Under the pieces are notes generated by a model. It was not told where the DNA came from, ran no database searches, and saw only the letters and a list, made by a program, of their open reading frames with translations. A program made the translations under genes and the position numbers. Positions 29,040-41,165 of a stretch of 64,000 nucleotides of DNA are shown here, one piece after another. This DNA comes from Octopus vulgaris (Eukaryota). The DNA is taken from positions 23,374,001 to 23,438,000 of the forward strand of contig OX597830.1 in assembly GCA_951406725.2 (NCBI GenBank), in the 5' to 3' direction. The first letter of the stretch is position 1, and each line of letters starts with the position of its first letter.

Positions 29040-29770
29040 AGCCAGTTGGCGGTATTGTTAGCACGTCGGCAAAATGCTTAGCGGCCAGGAAAATTGCCTA
29101 GCCGCAGGACAAAATGCTTAGTTACCGGGAAAAATGTTTAGTGGCCGGGAAAATTGCTTAGCGGCAGGGCAAAATACTTAGTTGTCGAGTAAAATGCTTA
29201 GTCGCCGTGCAAAATGTTTAGCGGCCGGGGAAAATACAAGGTAACCGAGCAAAGTTCTTAGTTGCCGGGCAAAATACTTAGTCGCCGGGCAAAATGCTTA
29301 GCGGCAGAGCAAAATGCATAGTGACCGGGCAAAATGCTTAGTTGTCGGGCAAAATGCTTAGCGCCGGGTAAAATTCTAAGTGGAAGGGCTAAATGCTTAG
29401 TCGCCGGGCAAAATGTTTAGCGGCTGGGAAAATTGCTTAGCGGCAGGGTTAAATGCTTAGTTGTCGGGCGTAATACTTAGTCGCCGGGCAAAATGTTTAG
29501 CGGCTGGGAAAATTGCTTAGCGGCAGGGTTAATTGCTTAGTTGTCGGGCGTAATACTTAGTCGCCGAGCAAAATGTTTAGTGGCCGGGGAAAATGCATAG
29601 TAGCATTTCGTTCGTCTTTACGGTTCTGAGTTCAAATTCCGCCGAGGTCGACTTTGTCTTTCATCATTTCAGGATCGATAAAATAAGCATCTGTTGAGCA
29701 CTGAGCATCGATTTAATCGACTTACCCCTTCCCTCAAAATTACTGGCTTAATGCCAAAATTTGAAACTAA
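29040..29770 (+). mobile_element. SINE family B with expanded internal minisatellite
   Basis: A-box region at 29040-29066; B-box and core resume at ~29605. Confidence 0.85.
29067..29604 (+). repeat. ~27 x 20-bp minisatellite (gggcaaaatgcttagNNNNN)
   Basis: Counted by eye; an 80-bp four-unit block is duplicated at ~29396-29575. Confidence 0.95.
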
Positions 29771-30130
29771 TATTCAACCGATCTTATTTATTAGAAAAAT
29801 ATTAATTAAGCTTAATTATCGTATGACAAATGTAATGCATCAACATAAAGAAATAGAGTGGTAAGTTTATTAATTAACATCTGACAAAAATGAATTAAAT
29901 CTACCTGTCTACCATTGCCGTTTCATTTGATTATTGCAATTTGTTCAACTTAAAGTGTGTTGTAATTCAGAACTATTTCGAGTTGTTCAATTAACCTTAA
30001 ACATCTGCGCTGTCATTAAATTTATAAGCAGTATGGGCGTGTGGTTAAAAAGCTCGCTTTGCAGCCATGTGCTCTCGGGTTCGATCTTACTGCGTGGCAC
30101 GTTGGGCAAGTGTTTTCAACTACAGCTCCG

Positions 30131-30212
30131 GTCCGATCACCAAAGTTAAGCTACGCAGAGCTTTGTTAGTACTAAGATGGGTGACTTCCTGGGAAACCCA
30201 GGTGCTGTAAGT
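30131..30212 (+). pseudogene. 5S rRNA pseudogene (3' two-thirds) fused to a SINE A head
   Basis: gtccgatcacc.aagttaagc...gttagtact..gatgggtgac..cctgggaa..ccaggtgctgtaag matches the metazoan 5S box A/IE/box C region. Confidence 0.85.
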
Positions 30213-30490
30213 GTCTTATTTAAGCGTAGGCATGGCTGTTTGTTTCCTGACCACATGGTTCTGGGTTCAGTCCCACTGCGTTGTACTTTAGGCAAGTGTG
30301 TATTACTATAGCCTTGAACCGAGCAATGCCTTACGAATGAATTTGGCAGACGCAAACTGTGTAGAAGTCCGTCGTATAGACATATGTGTGTGCGTGCTTC
30401 TGTCGGTGTTTGTCATACATTACTTGACAGCTTATGCTGGTTTATTTACGCCCCCATAACTTAGCGGTTCAGCAAAATATACCAACAGAA

Positions 30491-30877
30491 TGTTGTTGGC
30501 ACTCCGTCGGTTACGATAACGAGGGTTCCAGTTGATCCGATCAACCCAAGCCTGCTCGTGAAATTAACGCGCAAGTGGCTGAGCACTCCACAGCCACGTA
30601 TCCCTTAACGTAGTTCTCGGGGAGATTCAGCGTGCCACAGAGTGTGACAAGGCTGGCCCCTTGAAATACAGGCACAGCAGAAACAGAAAGAAAGAGTGAG
30701 AGGAAGTTGTGGTGAAAGAGTACAGCAGGGTTCGCCACCACCTCCTGCTCGGGCCTCGTGGAGCTTTTAGGTGTTTTCGCTCAATAAACACTTACAACAC
30801 TCGGTCTGGGAATCGAAACCGCAATCCTACAACCGCGAGTCCGCTGCTCTAACTACTGGGCCATTGCGCCTCCACAC
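30491..30877 (-). mobile_element. Hybrid SINE: family C head plus family D tail, nested in SINE A (30223-31040)
   Basis: Head as in 7943; tail ggccagccttgtcacactctgt...cgtaaccgacggagtgccaac as in 19190-19340. Confidence 0.85.
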
Positions 30878-31556
30878 CAATAGAATAAGTATCGGACTTT
30901 CAAAAAAAAAAAAGAAGAAAGAAAATAAAATTTAAAAAAACGCAACCCCCACCCCCATAAGTCCTGAAGTCGATTAGTACGATTAAAGTCCTTCGGCGCG
31001 GAACTCCAGCATGGCCACAATCCTGACTGAAACAATAAATGATAAACGATAGTGTCTTACGAAAATGAATTAAATCTACCTATTTATCATTGGCATTTAA
31101 TTTAATTATTGTAATTCGTTCCATTTAAAATGTAGTGTATCTCGGAAGCATTTCGAATATTCAATTAACCTCAAACATCTGGTCTGTCACTAAAGTTAAG
31201 ATAGTACATATAGCCTCGTTTATCACTGATCCGGCACAACACGATACGCTCAACTGTGAACCATGTTACACTTATCACATATTGATGTGCGATAATACAG
31301 GTCGGTGATCAAAGTTTATGCTTGAACCACAAAAACGCACCCCAGTGACCACCCACAATGATCTGCTACCCAGAATGCACTGACTATCGCTTGTATTTAC
31401 GTGGTTATCGCTCGCATGACCATGCTGCGTATTTTTTTTTACACGGATTTACATACTCGTACTCATCACCAGGGAACCAGTGGAGAGAAAAAAAAATACG
31501 GAGGTGCCTAGTGTTAACAAATGATGCAGATGAATGTATTCTCTGCAGGTATAAAA

Positions 31557-31790
31557 GGCGGCGAGCTGGCAGAATCGTTAGCACGCCGGGCGAAATGCAT
31601 AGCCGTATTTCGTCTGCCGCTACGTTCTGAGTTCAAATTCTGCCGTGGTCGACTTCGCCTTTCATCCTTTCGGGGTCAATAAATTAAGTACCAGTTACGC
31701 ACTGGGGTCGATGTAATCGACTTAATCCGTTTGTCTGTCCTTGTTTGTCCCCTCTGTGTTTAGCCCCTTGTGGGTAGTAAAGAAATAGGT
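31557..31790 (+). mobile_element. SINE family B
   Basis: Full-length; aggtataaaa occurs on both flanks (likely TSD). Confidence 0.92.
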
Positions 31791-32024
31791 ATAAAAAAAG
31801 ATGGTCAAAAAGATACGTGACGGGGAAAGTTTCGCTGCTGTGGGTCACGAATTTGGCAAATCCCACCGAAGTCAGCTTTGCCCTTCACCCTTCCGTGGTC
31901 AATAAAATTAATACCAGTCAAATACTGGGATCAATGTAATCGACTTTCCTCCACCCACTTCCCTTAAAATTGCTGGCTTTGTGTTAAAATTAGAAAGAAC
32001 TTTGAAGTAATTTCTCTTTCTCTT

Positions 32025-32203
32025 TTCTCTTTTACTTGTTTCAGTCATTTGACTGTGGCAATGCTGCAGCACCGCCTCTAGTGGAGCGAATCGCTCCCAG
32101 GACTTATCCTTCGTAAGCCTAGTACTTATTCTATCAGTCTCTTTTGTCGAACCGCTAAGTTACGGGGATCTAAACGCAACAGCATTGGTTGTCATGCGAT
32201 GTT

Positions 32204-32278
<75 letters not shown>

Positions 32279-32975
32279 CAATAATAAAAGGGTAAAATTA
32301 ATTAATTATTAATTAATTTTACCAAGTAGTGTTCTGTATGTAAAAAGACCATTTACGGTATATTCAAAACATTACGTTATATAATTAGGGTTCAGTAAAA
32401 TAATTTACTTTACCACACACCGAACTTTTAGAAATAGCATCCAAAAAATCTTAGCTATTTCTTCTACTGTAAGAAAAATCTCCCAGACAATGTATATTCA
32501 AAAATAATTCACGCAGGTATAGAGGGAAAAATAACGAAAGATCACACGTACATCGATTACTTGAGAACGCCGTTTCTAGGTTAGTTGAATATAAAGATCA
32601 ACATTTCCTTTGTCAGCTCAAGATTTCTTTAGATTTGGATTTGAGAGTACTAAAAATCGAACATACCCGTCTGATATGAGTAATCCCAGACAAACCATCT
32701 TCGACCGCTAGTACCAACGAATTCAAAAGTACAAATGAGGCTTTGCATTCTTCCCCTTCCACCCACGTGAGTTATAGAGCAACAAATTCCTACATATATA
32801 TATATATATACATATAAACGACGGGCTTCTTTTAGTTTCCGTCTACCAAATTCACTCACAAAGCTTTGGTCGGCCCGAGATTATAGTATAAGACACTTAC
32901 CCAAGGTGCTACGCAGTGGAACTGAACCCGGAACCATGTGGTTGGTAAGCAAGCTACTTACCACACAGCCACTCA
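32025..32975 (-). mobile_element. SINE A interrupted at its microsatellite by a hammerhead-type element (32280-32790)
   Basis: The insert is homologous (reverse complement) to the element at 12856-13670. Confidence 0.8.
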
Positions 32976-33065
32976 CGTTCATCGTAATTCGAATTCAACG
33001 TATGATAGCATCTCATAAAGCGAGATTTCTATATATCTTAAATTTGCGGAAGGATTTGTTGTGTG

Positions 33066-33142
33066 GGTGGTTTAGCTTAATTGGTTCAGAGCACCGCGAC
33101 GCGTCATTACGGAGGTGTGAGTTCGAGTCTCATAGCCGGCCA
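33066..33142 (+). pseudogene. tRNA-like sequence (A and B boxes), not a foldable tRNA
   Basis: tagcttaattggttcagagca...gagttcgagtctc. Confidence 0.5.
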
Positions 33143-34135
33143 CCCACATTCTTTTTCTGCAAAATAGGCGTATCTTATCCTGTTCAGGCTATATTATTAG
33201 CATTATCTTAAGTTTGAGAATTTTAAAATCACTTCTTTAACTTTCTAAGACATCTCAACGCTTCTAAAGCAAACTTCGTTTGTTTGTTTACGTTCATCGT
33301 AATTTGAATTTAATATCTCTTATATAAAATCCGTTTTGTCTGTGTGTGCGTGTGACTTCTAGTGTCGCGGGCATCCTCCACCCCATTGCGCTCAAATTTG
33401 ATATGTAGATACCGACGGTACCAGGGCGTGTATAAGTCTTGAAAAAATTACAAAAATCGATTCCAGGTGAGAATGCGATCGATAAAGCTGTGGAAAATCG
33501 TTTTTCTTTGGAATAGAAAAAAAGTCTATCTTTATTTCTTCTTTTTCTGGTGTCTCAAATTTAGATTAAATCAGTGTTTCTCAAAGGGGAGGCCTATGGG
33601 ACAGTCAGACAAGTTGTTTTGAGAAAATTTGCTTTAAATGTTTGACAACTCAGTACCGTCCATTGGACGGGGGGGGGGGGCGTTTTGCTCCTATATATAT
33701 AAGTATAAGGTGTGTTATGAGCATTTATCGAAAACGTATCCTATATAAACTCAACAAACAATTAAAGATGGAAATGAGAAAATGTTAAAGGTTTTATAAA
33801 ATTTTAATCCATGCATACAATCATTTCAGATAGTAACACCAACATGTAAGAAACATGGAAGAAATTAAATTAATTATAATTATAATTAAATTAATTTAAT
33901 TACATATTACCATTCTCTTCAGTGCAAAAATAAAGAATACATAAGAAAAGTCGTAACAGAAGAAAAGTATGCTGTTACAGGCGACTACATGGAGTCTGTG
34001 TTGCATAATTCATTCGGAAATTCATAAAATACTTGTTGTAGTAAGCTAGCAATTTAATATGAAGAATGTTTATTAAAAATCTAACTTTGGAACCACACAA
34101 AGCAAAAATGTTCTTATTGAATTCAATATTTTTCA

Positions 34136-34206
<71 letters not shown>

Positions 34207-34266
34207 ATATATATATATATATATATGCTGTTACAGGCTCATATATATATATATATATATATATAT

Positions 34267-34597
34267 GGGCGCAGGAGTGGCTGTGTGGTAAGTAGCTTGC
34301 TTACCAACCACATGGTTCAGGGTTCAATCTCTCTGCGTGGAACCTTGGGCAAGTGTCTTTCTACTATAGTCTCGGGTCGTCCAAAGCCTTGTGAGTGGAT
34401 TTGGTAGACGGAAACTAAAAGAAGCCCGTCGTATATATGTATATATTGTATATATGTGTGTGTGTGTTTGTCCACAACCCCAACATCGCTTGACAACCGA
34501 TGTTAGTGTGTTTACGTCCCCGTAACTTAGCGGTTCGGCAAAAAAGAGACGGATAGAATAAGTACTAGGATTACAAAGAATAAGTCCTGGGGTCGAC
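34267..34597 (+). mobile_element. SINE family A (3'-truncated)
   Basis: Family motifs. Confidence 0.92.
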
Positions 34598-36117
34598 AAA
34601 CGTATAATTCCAAAATTATCCGTCATATGACGAGTAGCAGTCTTGTACATTTATCCTCATCTATCACTGGTTAAGTAATTCATTCATCGTTAATCAATAA
34701 TAACACGACACGCTTGACTGCGAACGATGTTTTTCTTATCACGGATTGATCTATGATAACACGGATCGGCGATCGGTCGAAGATGCAAATACGCACTCCA
34801 GCAACCAACCACAAAGCTCAGCTGCTATCCAAAATGCCCCTACTATCGACTTACAAGGTCGCGTATTTTTTTTTTTGCATACTCACACGCGTGAACACGT
34901 GACCAGTAAAATGAAAAAAATTGCGATGGTGCTTGATCTTTACAAATGATGCAGAAAAGTGTATTCTCTACGAGAAAAAGTAGAGACGTTTAAGGAAATA
35001 CATGTCGGTGGAAGCTCAACTGCGGTGAGCTGCGAGATTGTTTGGTGTCCGTAGTAAAGGAGATAATTCCTTTATCATCTGATTCACTTAATACTGTTTA
35101 TGTTGTTTCTCTTTAAACCAGCTCCCCGTGATAAACAAAGATAGATGTGTATTGGTTTCAGATTTTGACACAAGGCCATATTGTTCGGGGGAGCAGGTAT
35201 GTCGATTACATCGACTCATTTGTTCAACTGGGACTTATGTTATTAAGACTGAAAGGATGAACAGCAAAATCGAACTCGGCGGAATTTGAAATCAGAACAT
35301 TAAAAACAGCCGAAATGTCGGTAAGCATTTTGCCCAGCGTTGCTCACAATTTTGCCAAGCTCACCGCCTACGAGAATAGACGTATTTTAGTAATTGTTCA
35401 ATTGATCATATTTATGAGAAAAATAACGACGAAGTTCATTTATTGATTGACGAGTTTAATGCAGAAGAATAAAGAATGGCGAATCTGTTAAAGAACACCT
35501 GACATGAATGAATTAAGTCTTCCTGTTTACCATTGCCATTTGATTCGATTATCGTAATTTGCTCAATTTAAAGTGAATCAGAAAAACAGGCATATATTAC
35601 TATTCAATGATTTGTCTACTGTTTTGAGGGAACCTTCTTCAGTCGGTTAGAAGCAAAAGGACGACCTTTTGGCGAAGAGTTCTTTCATTTTTTTCTTGTT
35701 TTAGTCATTAGAATGCGGCCACGCTGGAGCATTACGTTGAAGGGTTTAGTCTCAAACAAGTCAACCCGGTAACTTTTCTTTAAAAAAAAAAATTTTGTAT
35801 GAATTCTTTATTGAACCACCACAGATGTATGTATGTTTATAACACACACATTGATGCATATATAACTGAGTGTGTGTGTGCGGGTTTTCTATTAATTTTT
35901 CTATTAATTTGTTGAAGTCAGAGTGGCTCAAGGGCCATGCATCTCGAGCAGTGACACCTATCAATGTTTAATAAGTTCCAATGCATGAAACCCTTACCTC
36001 CATGAGCCATTCTGTAACTTCTGCTGGTTAATGGCAAAATGTAACTCTGTACGGTATTCATGTCTTCAAGAATTGTATTTACAAGTTCGTATCATTGAAC
36101 CTATATGCGCTTAACCT

Positions 36118-36183
<66 letters not shown>

Positions 36184-36760
36184 TTATTTATTTATATCAT
36201 TCACATTCGGTAGTGTGTGAATAATACTTTTAAGTTCAACATTTACTTACTCACGACCAATTCTAGGTTTTGTCACTAACTCAGTTTTTAACCAAATTAG
36301 ATGATATTTGCATTTTTTCCTTTTATCCTTTCGGTACTCGATAAAATGAGTATCAGAGGAGTACTGAGGTCGATGCAATCGACTTACTTCCCCTCTGGGT
36401 TTTATGGCCTTCAGCCAAAAGGGGAAACCAATTATGCAAAATGTTTGATTCAATTCAAGATTTAGGTATTTTGCAAAGATCTACCTCATATTCATAGAAT
36501 GCAGTATATTGTAATAAACAACAATATAGCTAATTTAAAATTCATTTTATTTTATTTCATTTTTAGAATACTGCTTTCTCCAAAATTAAACCCATGGGCT
36601 TAAATACAGACTTGAATAATTTTGCTTGAGTGATTTTTTTTCTGAAAATAGTAAAAATTACTGGGGCTATATACATTATTATGTTATACTTGTAAATAAT
36701 TTTGAAACCTCACCATGACTTTACGGACACACAGTATATGCACATATACAGATAAATACG

Positions 36761-36803
<43 letters not shown>

Positions 36804-37915
36804 GTAAAAGTAAAAAAAATATACAAACTGGGACAAGAACGTGATTTAGAAGACGACACAAACAACTCTGACGGGACATTCGAAGCCCTCAATCATCAGT
36901 CAAGAACCGGATCATCTTCGCAATTTCGGCTGATTAATCTTGAGATTGCTCCGATCTGGGCAGCCCCCAAGGGAAATCTAAGCCAAGCGCATATATATAT
37001 ATATATGTATATGGTCATATGCATGTCGAACGATTGCTTAAGAAGCAGAGACATCTTGGTTTTTCAAACTTATGATGTAAATGTTCTGGGTATATCTGGT
37101 GTAATATTTATATTACTGTCATTCTGAGAACACAAGGTAGCCATTTCATATAGATATGTGGTGAGAAATCTGTGAAGTTTTAGTGTATAGGATTTTAAAA
37201 CAGATAAAATTCGTTGAGGTTTATCAGTATACAAGCAAAAGTGCAAAAAGAAATATACGAATATGATATATGATGGCGCGGGGTCATTCCTACTTCAATC
37301 TCATATAGAATAAATGTGGATGTCCCCAATAAGCAACACTCCGTTCTAGAATATAAACATTTAGTAAACAACGAAAAGAGGAACAATATAAGAAAATAAT
37401 ACATACAAATCGAAATGAATAGAAATTTCATTACTATTGATTTGTTCAATTTTAATGTATTCGAAATTAAAGTATTTGTAAAAAAAATTATATAAATGTA
37501 TATACGGACAAATATTAAGTAAGCCACCTAATTAACTGACTGACTAACGAACGAACGAACCAACCAACTAACCGGCCAACCAACCAACCAACCAACCAAA
37601 CACTACACTAACTAATTAACTAACTACCTAACTAACTGACAAACTTTACTGTCACTCTTAGGTAGTTATGATCTGATAGCTTGTATCATTTTTTCGTTGA
37701 ATGTTTTGAGTGCTATGTAGTCGGAGGTAGACATAGGCACACACGCGGCACTCTAACATTTGATCCGATAGAGTAACGTGGACTGACTACTGCAAAGGAG
37801 AAAGGTGGACTAACACTAGGACGGTACATATTTTACAACTGAGTAGATTGAATCGACTTATCCAACCCTCACCCGAAATTACTGGCGTTGTTTGAAGGCC
37901 TAATATGTGTATATA

Positions 37916-38491
37916 CACAGACGTGCAAGAAGTAAATAGACACCTTTAATTTTCGAAATCTTTTATTTGATATTAATTGGTTGAAGGAGAGGTTTTCTTC
38001 TAGCTACTCGTCCATAATACCCAAGCTTATGCAGATATGTGACACACGTTCTTGGACTAACTTCTAGCTGTTTTGCAATGTCAGAAGCCTTCGAACGGAG
38101 TTCGTTTTCCACAATTCTCTTCAAACAACGAAGCTTCCTTTCCGAGGGCCCAGGTCGGCCGGGACGAGTATCTGTTGATTCTTTTCCTTGGCTTTTGAAT
38201 TGCACTATAATTCTATTAACAGTAGCAAGAGGAATTTGAAGATTTTCGGCAATTTTTCGCTGGCTAAGACCAGCCTCAGATTGCCCAACAATACGACCTC
38301 TTTGAAAATCTGACAGTTCTGCTGAATTTTTGTGCGTGACATGGTTACTCTTTGCAAATGTTTAATACAATGGCACCTGGAATGAAAAAGAATAATTACA
38401 TTGTAAATTCACACCGCTGAAAACATATTAAGACGCTTAGATCAAAAATTTTGAAAATTAAAGTTGTCTATTTACTTCCTGCTTGTCTGTG
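37916..38491 (-). mobile_element. Internally deleted Tc1-like transposon
   Basis: TA-flanked TIRs cacagac..gca.gaagtaaatagaca; [15 protein letters not shown]...RPGRP...[13 protein letters not shown]; DDE domain deleted. Confidence 0.9.
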
Positions 38492-38531
38492 TATATTATA
38501 ATGAAATTATTACTATGAAGCATTGTGTAGA

Positions 38532-39115
38532 ATATATTGTATAAAAGTTCGTGGGTAAGGCCAAAACAATGCAAAGTAAATGCAAGGTAAAACACAAGAA
38601 AACAAATATGTGAATTTATGTAGACTTACCTTGTATCCAATATTTTGGGGTTATGACCCCATTTTCAAGAAATAGACGAATGTTGCCGATTTGCGTGTGT
38701 GAAGCGTACACGTACGGAAGAGTGTTGCTATAGCAACCAGCTAGCTTCCTGTAACTCTCTTCTGTTGTTGATCTTGGTTTTCTTTTGGTGTGTGAGGATG
38801 GCCTCAGAGATTCTAAGGTTGCCCCTGTTCCGCTGTGTTGCCTTAATGTGCATTGTGAATTTCCGGGTCTGGCATTTCCGTAGATAATTCTCCACAGTAG
38901 TGTCCACTTGCACGTGTTCTGCCTTTCCGCGCATGTCCACTCTACACACGCTCAGTCACATGCACATCGGCAATATCTGTCTATTTCTTGAAAATGGGGT
39001 CATAACTCCGAAATATTGAATACAAGGTAAGCCTACATTAATTCACATATTTGTATTTTTGTGATTTACCTTGCATTTACTTCGCATTGTTTTGGCCTTA
39101 TCCACGATCCTTTAT

Positions 39116-39124
<9 letters not shown>
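38532..39124 (-). mobile_element. Penelope-like element remnant with inverted pseudo-LTRs
   Basis: ~170-bp inverted repeats flank NLRISEAILTHQKKTKINNRRE, resembling the C-terminal E-A-I...IN motif of the PLE GIY-YIG endonuclease. Confidence 0.72.
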
Positions 39125-39200
<76 letters not shown>

Positions 39201-39569
39201 CACATAGTGAGGGATTACCAATCCGGGCAAAATACTTCATAAGCTCTCCAGGCTAACAATACCACTTAGATTAGTAAGGAGTACCAGGCAATCTTTTGGT
39301 AGAGTCCAGGTTATGGTCCATCACAATTCTCTATTGGAAATCCGTAGCCATTCCTCCAGTACTCTGCTTGTTAGAAACAGAAATCGCTGTGACGAAAGTA
39401 GCCTTTACTTTCTTAGGTCGTTCAATTTTCGTCAATTGATCAGTAGACCAATTGAGAAAAACTATCAGTAATGTATCTATAATGACTGCCGGAAACAGCT
39501 GTAAGCCAAATTTCCTCCAATAAAGGGAAGATATGTAATGATCATTATTTTTACCTTGTTTCTTATATA

Positions 39570-40065
39570 TCCGGGTTCAGTCCCACTGCGTGGCACCTTG
39601 GGCAAGTGTCTACTACTATAGCCTCGGGTCGACCAAAGCCCTGTGAGAGGATTTGGTAGACGGAAACTGAAAGAAGCCCGTCGTATATATATATATATAT
39701 ATATAATAACAAAACCACTATTTTGCAAAACAAACAAGGAAAGACCTAATCAATACATAAAAATTTTTAATATAAAGAAATAAACCGCCACTACAATCGT
39801 TTCATGTCTTCAATGACATTCGTCAGGTGGATTTTCGATCTCCTAATCTGTTTTAATTTTTATATATATATATATATGTGAGTGTGTGTGTTTGTGTGTG
39901 TGTGTATGTGTATGTGTTTGTGAGTCTGTGTTTGTCCCCCCGACATCGCTTGACAACCGATGCTGGTGTGTTTACGTCCCCGTAAGTCCTGGGGTCGATT
40001 TGCTCGACTGAAGGTGGTGCTACAGCATGGCCGCAGTCAAATGACTGAAACAAGTAAAAGAGTAA
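39570..40065 (+). mobile_element. SINE A with a ~150-bp hammerhead-bearing insert in its TA tract
   Basis: Family A halves at 39570-39700 and 39870-40065. Confidence 0.85.
39788..39830 (-). ncRNA. Minimal type I hammerhead ribozyme (consensus-intact)
   Basis: CCAC-CTGACGA-ATGTC-ATTGAA-GACAT-GAAAC-GATT-GTA-GTGG: stem I 4 bp, stem II 5 bp, short near-palindromic stem III, GUA triplet. Confidence 0.8.
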
Positions 40066-40073
40066 ATATATAC

Positions 40074-40108
<35 letters not shown>

Positions 40109-40410
40109 CCTTCAGAACGACCAATTCATCGGAAGATGGTCAGATTATTTAGAATAGAGACCTCAACTATACTATATTGATATATGTAGATTCAGGACAA
40201 AATACATGTAAATATATTCGTGTGCTTGACTGTATGCCTGGTTGTGTATGCGTATCTTTCTTTTTGTTTTTTGTGATGATTATATAGAAAACTGATATAC
40301 AGGTATGTATATGCATAAGCTTTGATATATTTATACACAAATATACCAGAATATTTCAGTAGAACGGAAAGGGCAAAGTGACTTTCTGCTCTCTTCTCCA
40401 TTCTTTTACA

Positions 40411-40429
40411 GTACACACATATAAACACA

Positions 40430-40505
<76 letters not shown>

Positions 40506-41165
40506 TACGCGCACACAGACATACGCGCGCGCACACCCACACACACACACGCACCCACAAACACACGCACCCACGCGCACACACACACACGCACACACCA
40601 CACTACGCATATACAGAGACACACAGACACACACGCACACATAAACGTACACACATAAACAATAAATTTACTTACCAATATATACGTGAATGTGTGTGTG
40701 TGTGCATGCACGTGTAAGTGTGATGTGTGTATGCAAGAATATATATATATATATATGCGTGTGTATACACACGCACACTCATATGTGTATATATATGCAT
40801 ATATATATATATATGTATGTATATATATATATATATACACAGACGCACACACACATATATATGTATATACATACATATATATATTTATATATGGATGTAT
40901 ATGTGTGTGTGTAGATGTATGTATATATATGTATATAGACGTATATTTATAAATATATATCATATATACATATATACATGTATATATATATAGACAGACA
41001 GAGCGTTATAAAGAGACATGGATAGATGTTGATATAGATGTGCATATGTATGTATGTATGTATGTATGTGTGTGTGTGTGTATAATTAAGCGAAAATATG
41101 TGCATAACATGTGAGTGCGTGCGTGTGTGTGTGCGTGCATGCGTGCGTCTGTGTGTGTGTGTTTG
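40411..41165. repeat. CA/TA/TG compound microsatellite
   Basis: Direct reading. Confidence 0.95.

Noticed and set aside
29067-29604. CRISPR-like array
   Set aside because: The variable part is only ~5 nt, the unit derives from a SINE, the context is eukaryotic and there are no cas genes.
33314-33660. Third Helitron (TC...TATATAAAA 5'-like start)
   Set aside because: No 3' hairpin/CTRR end could be located.
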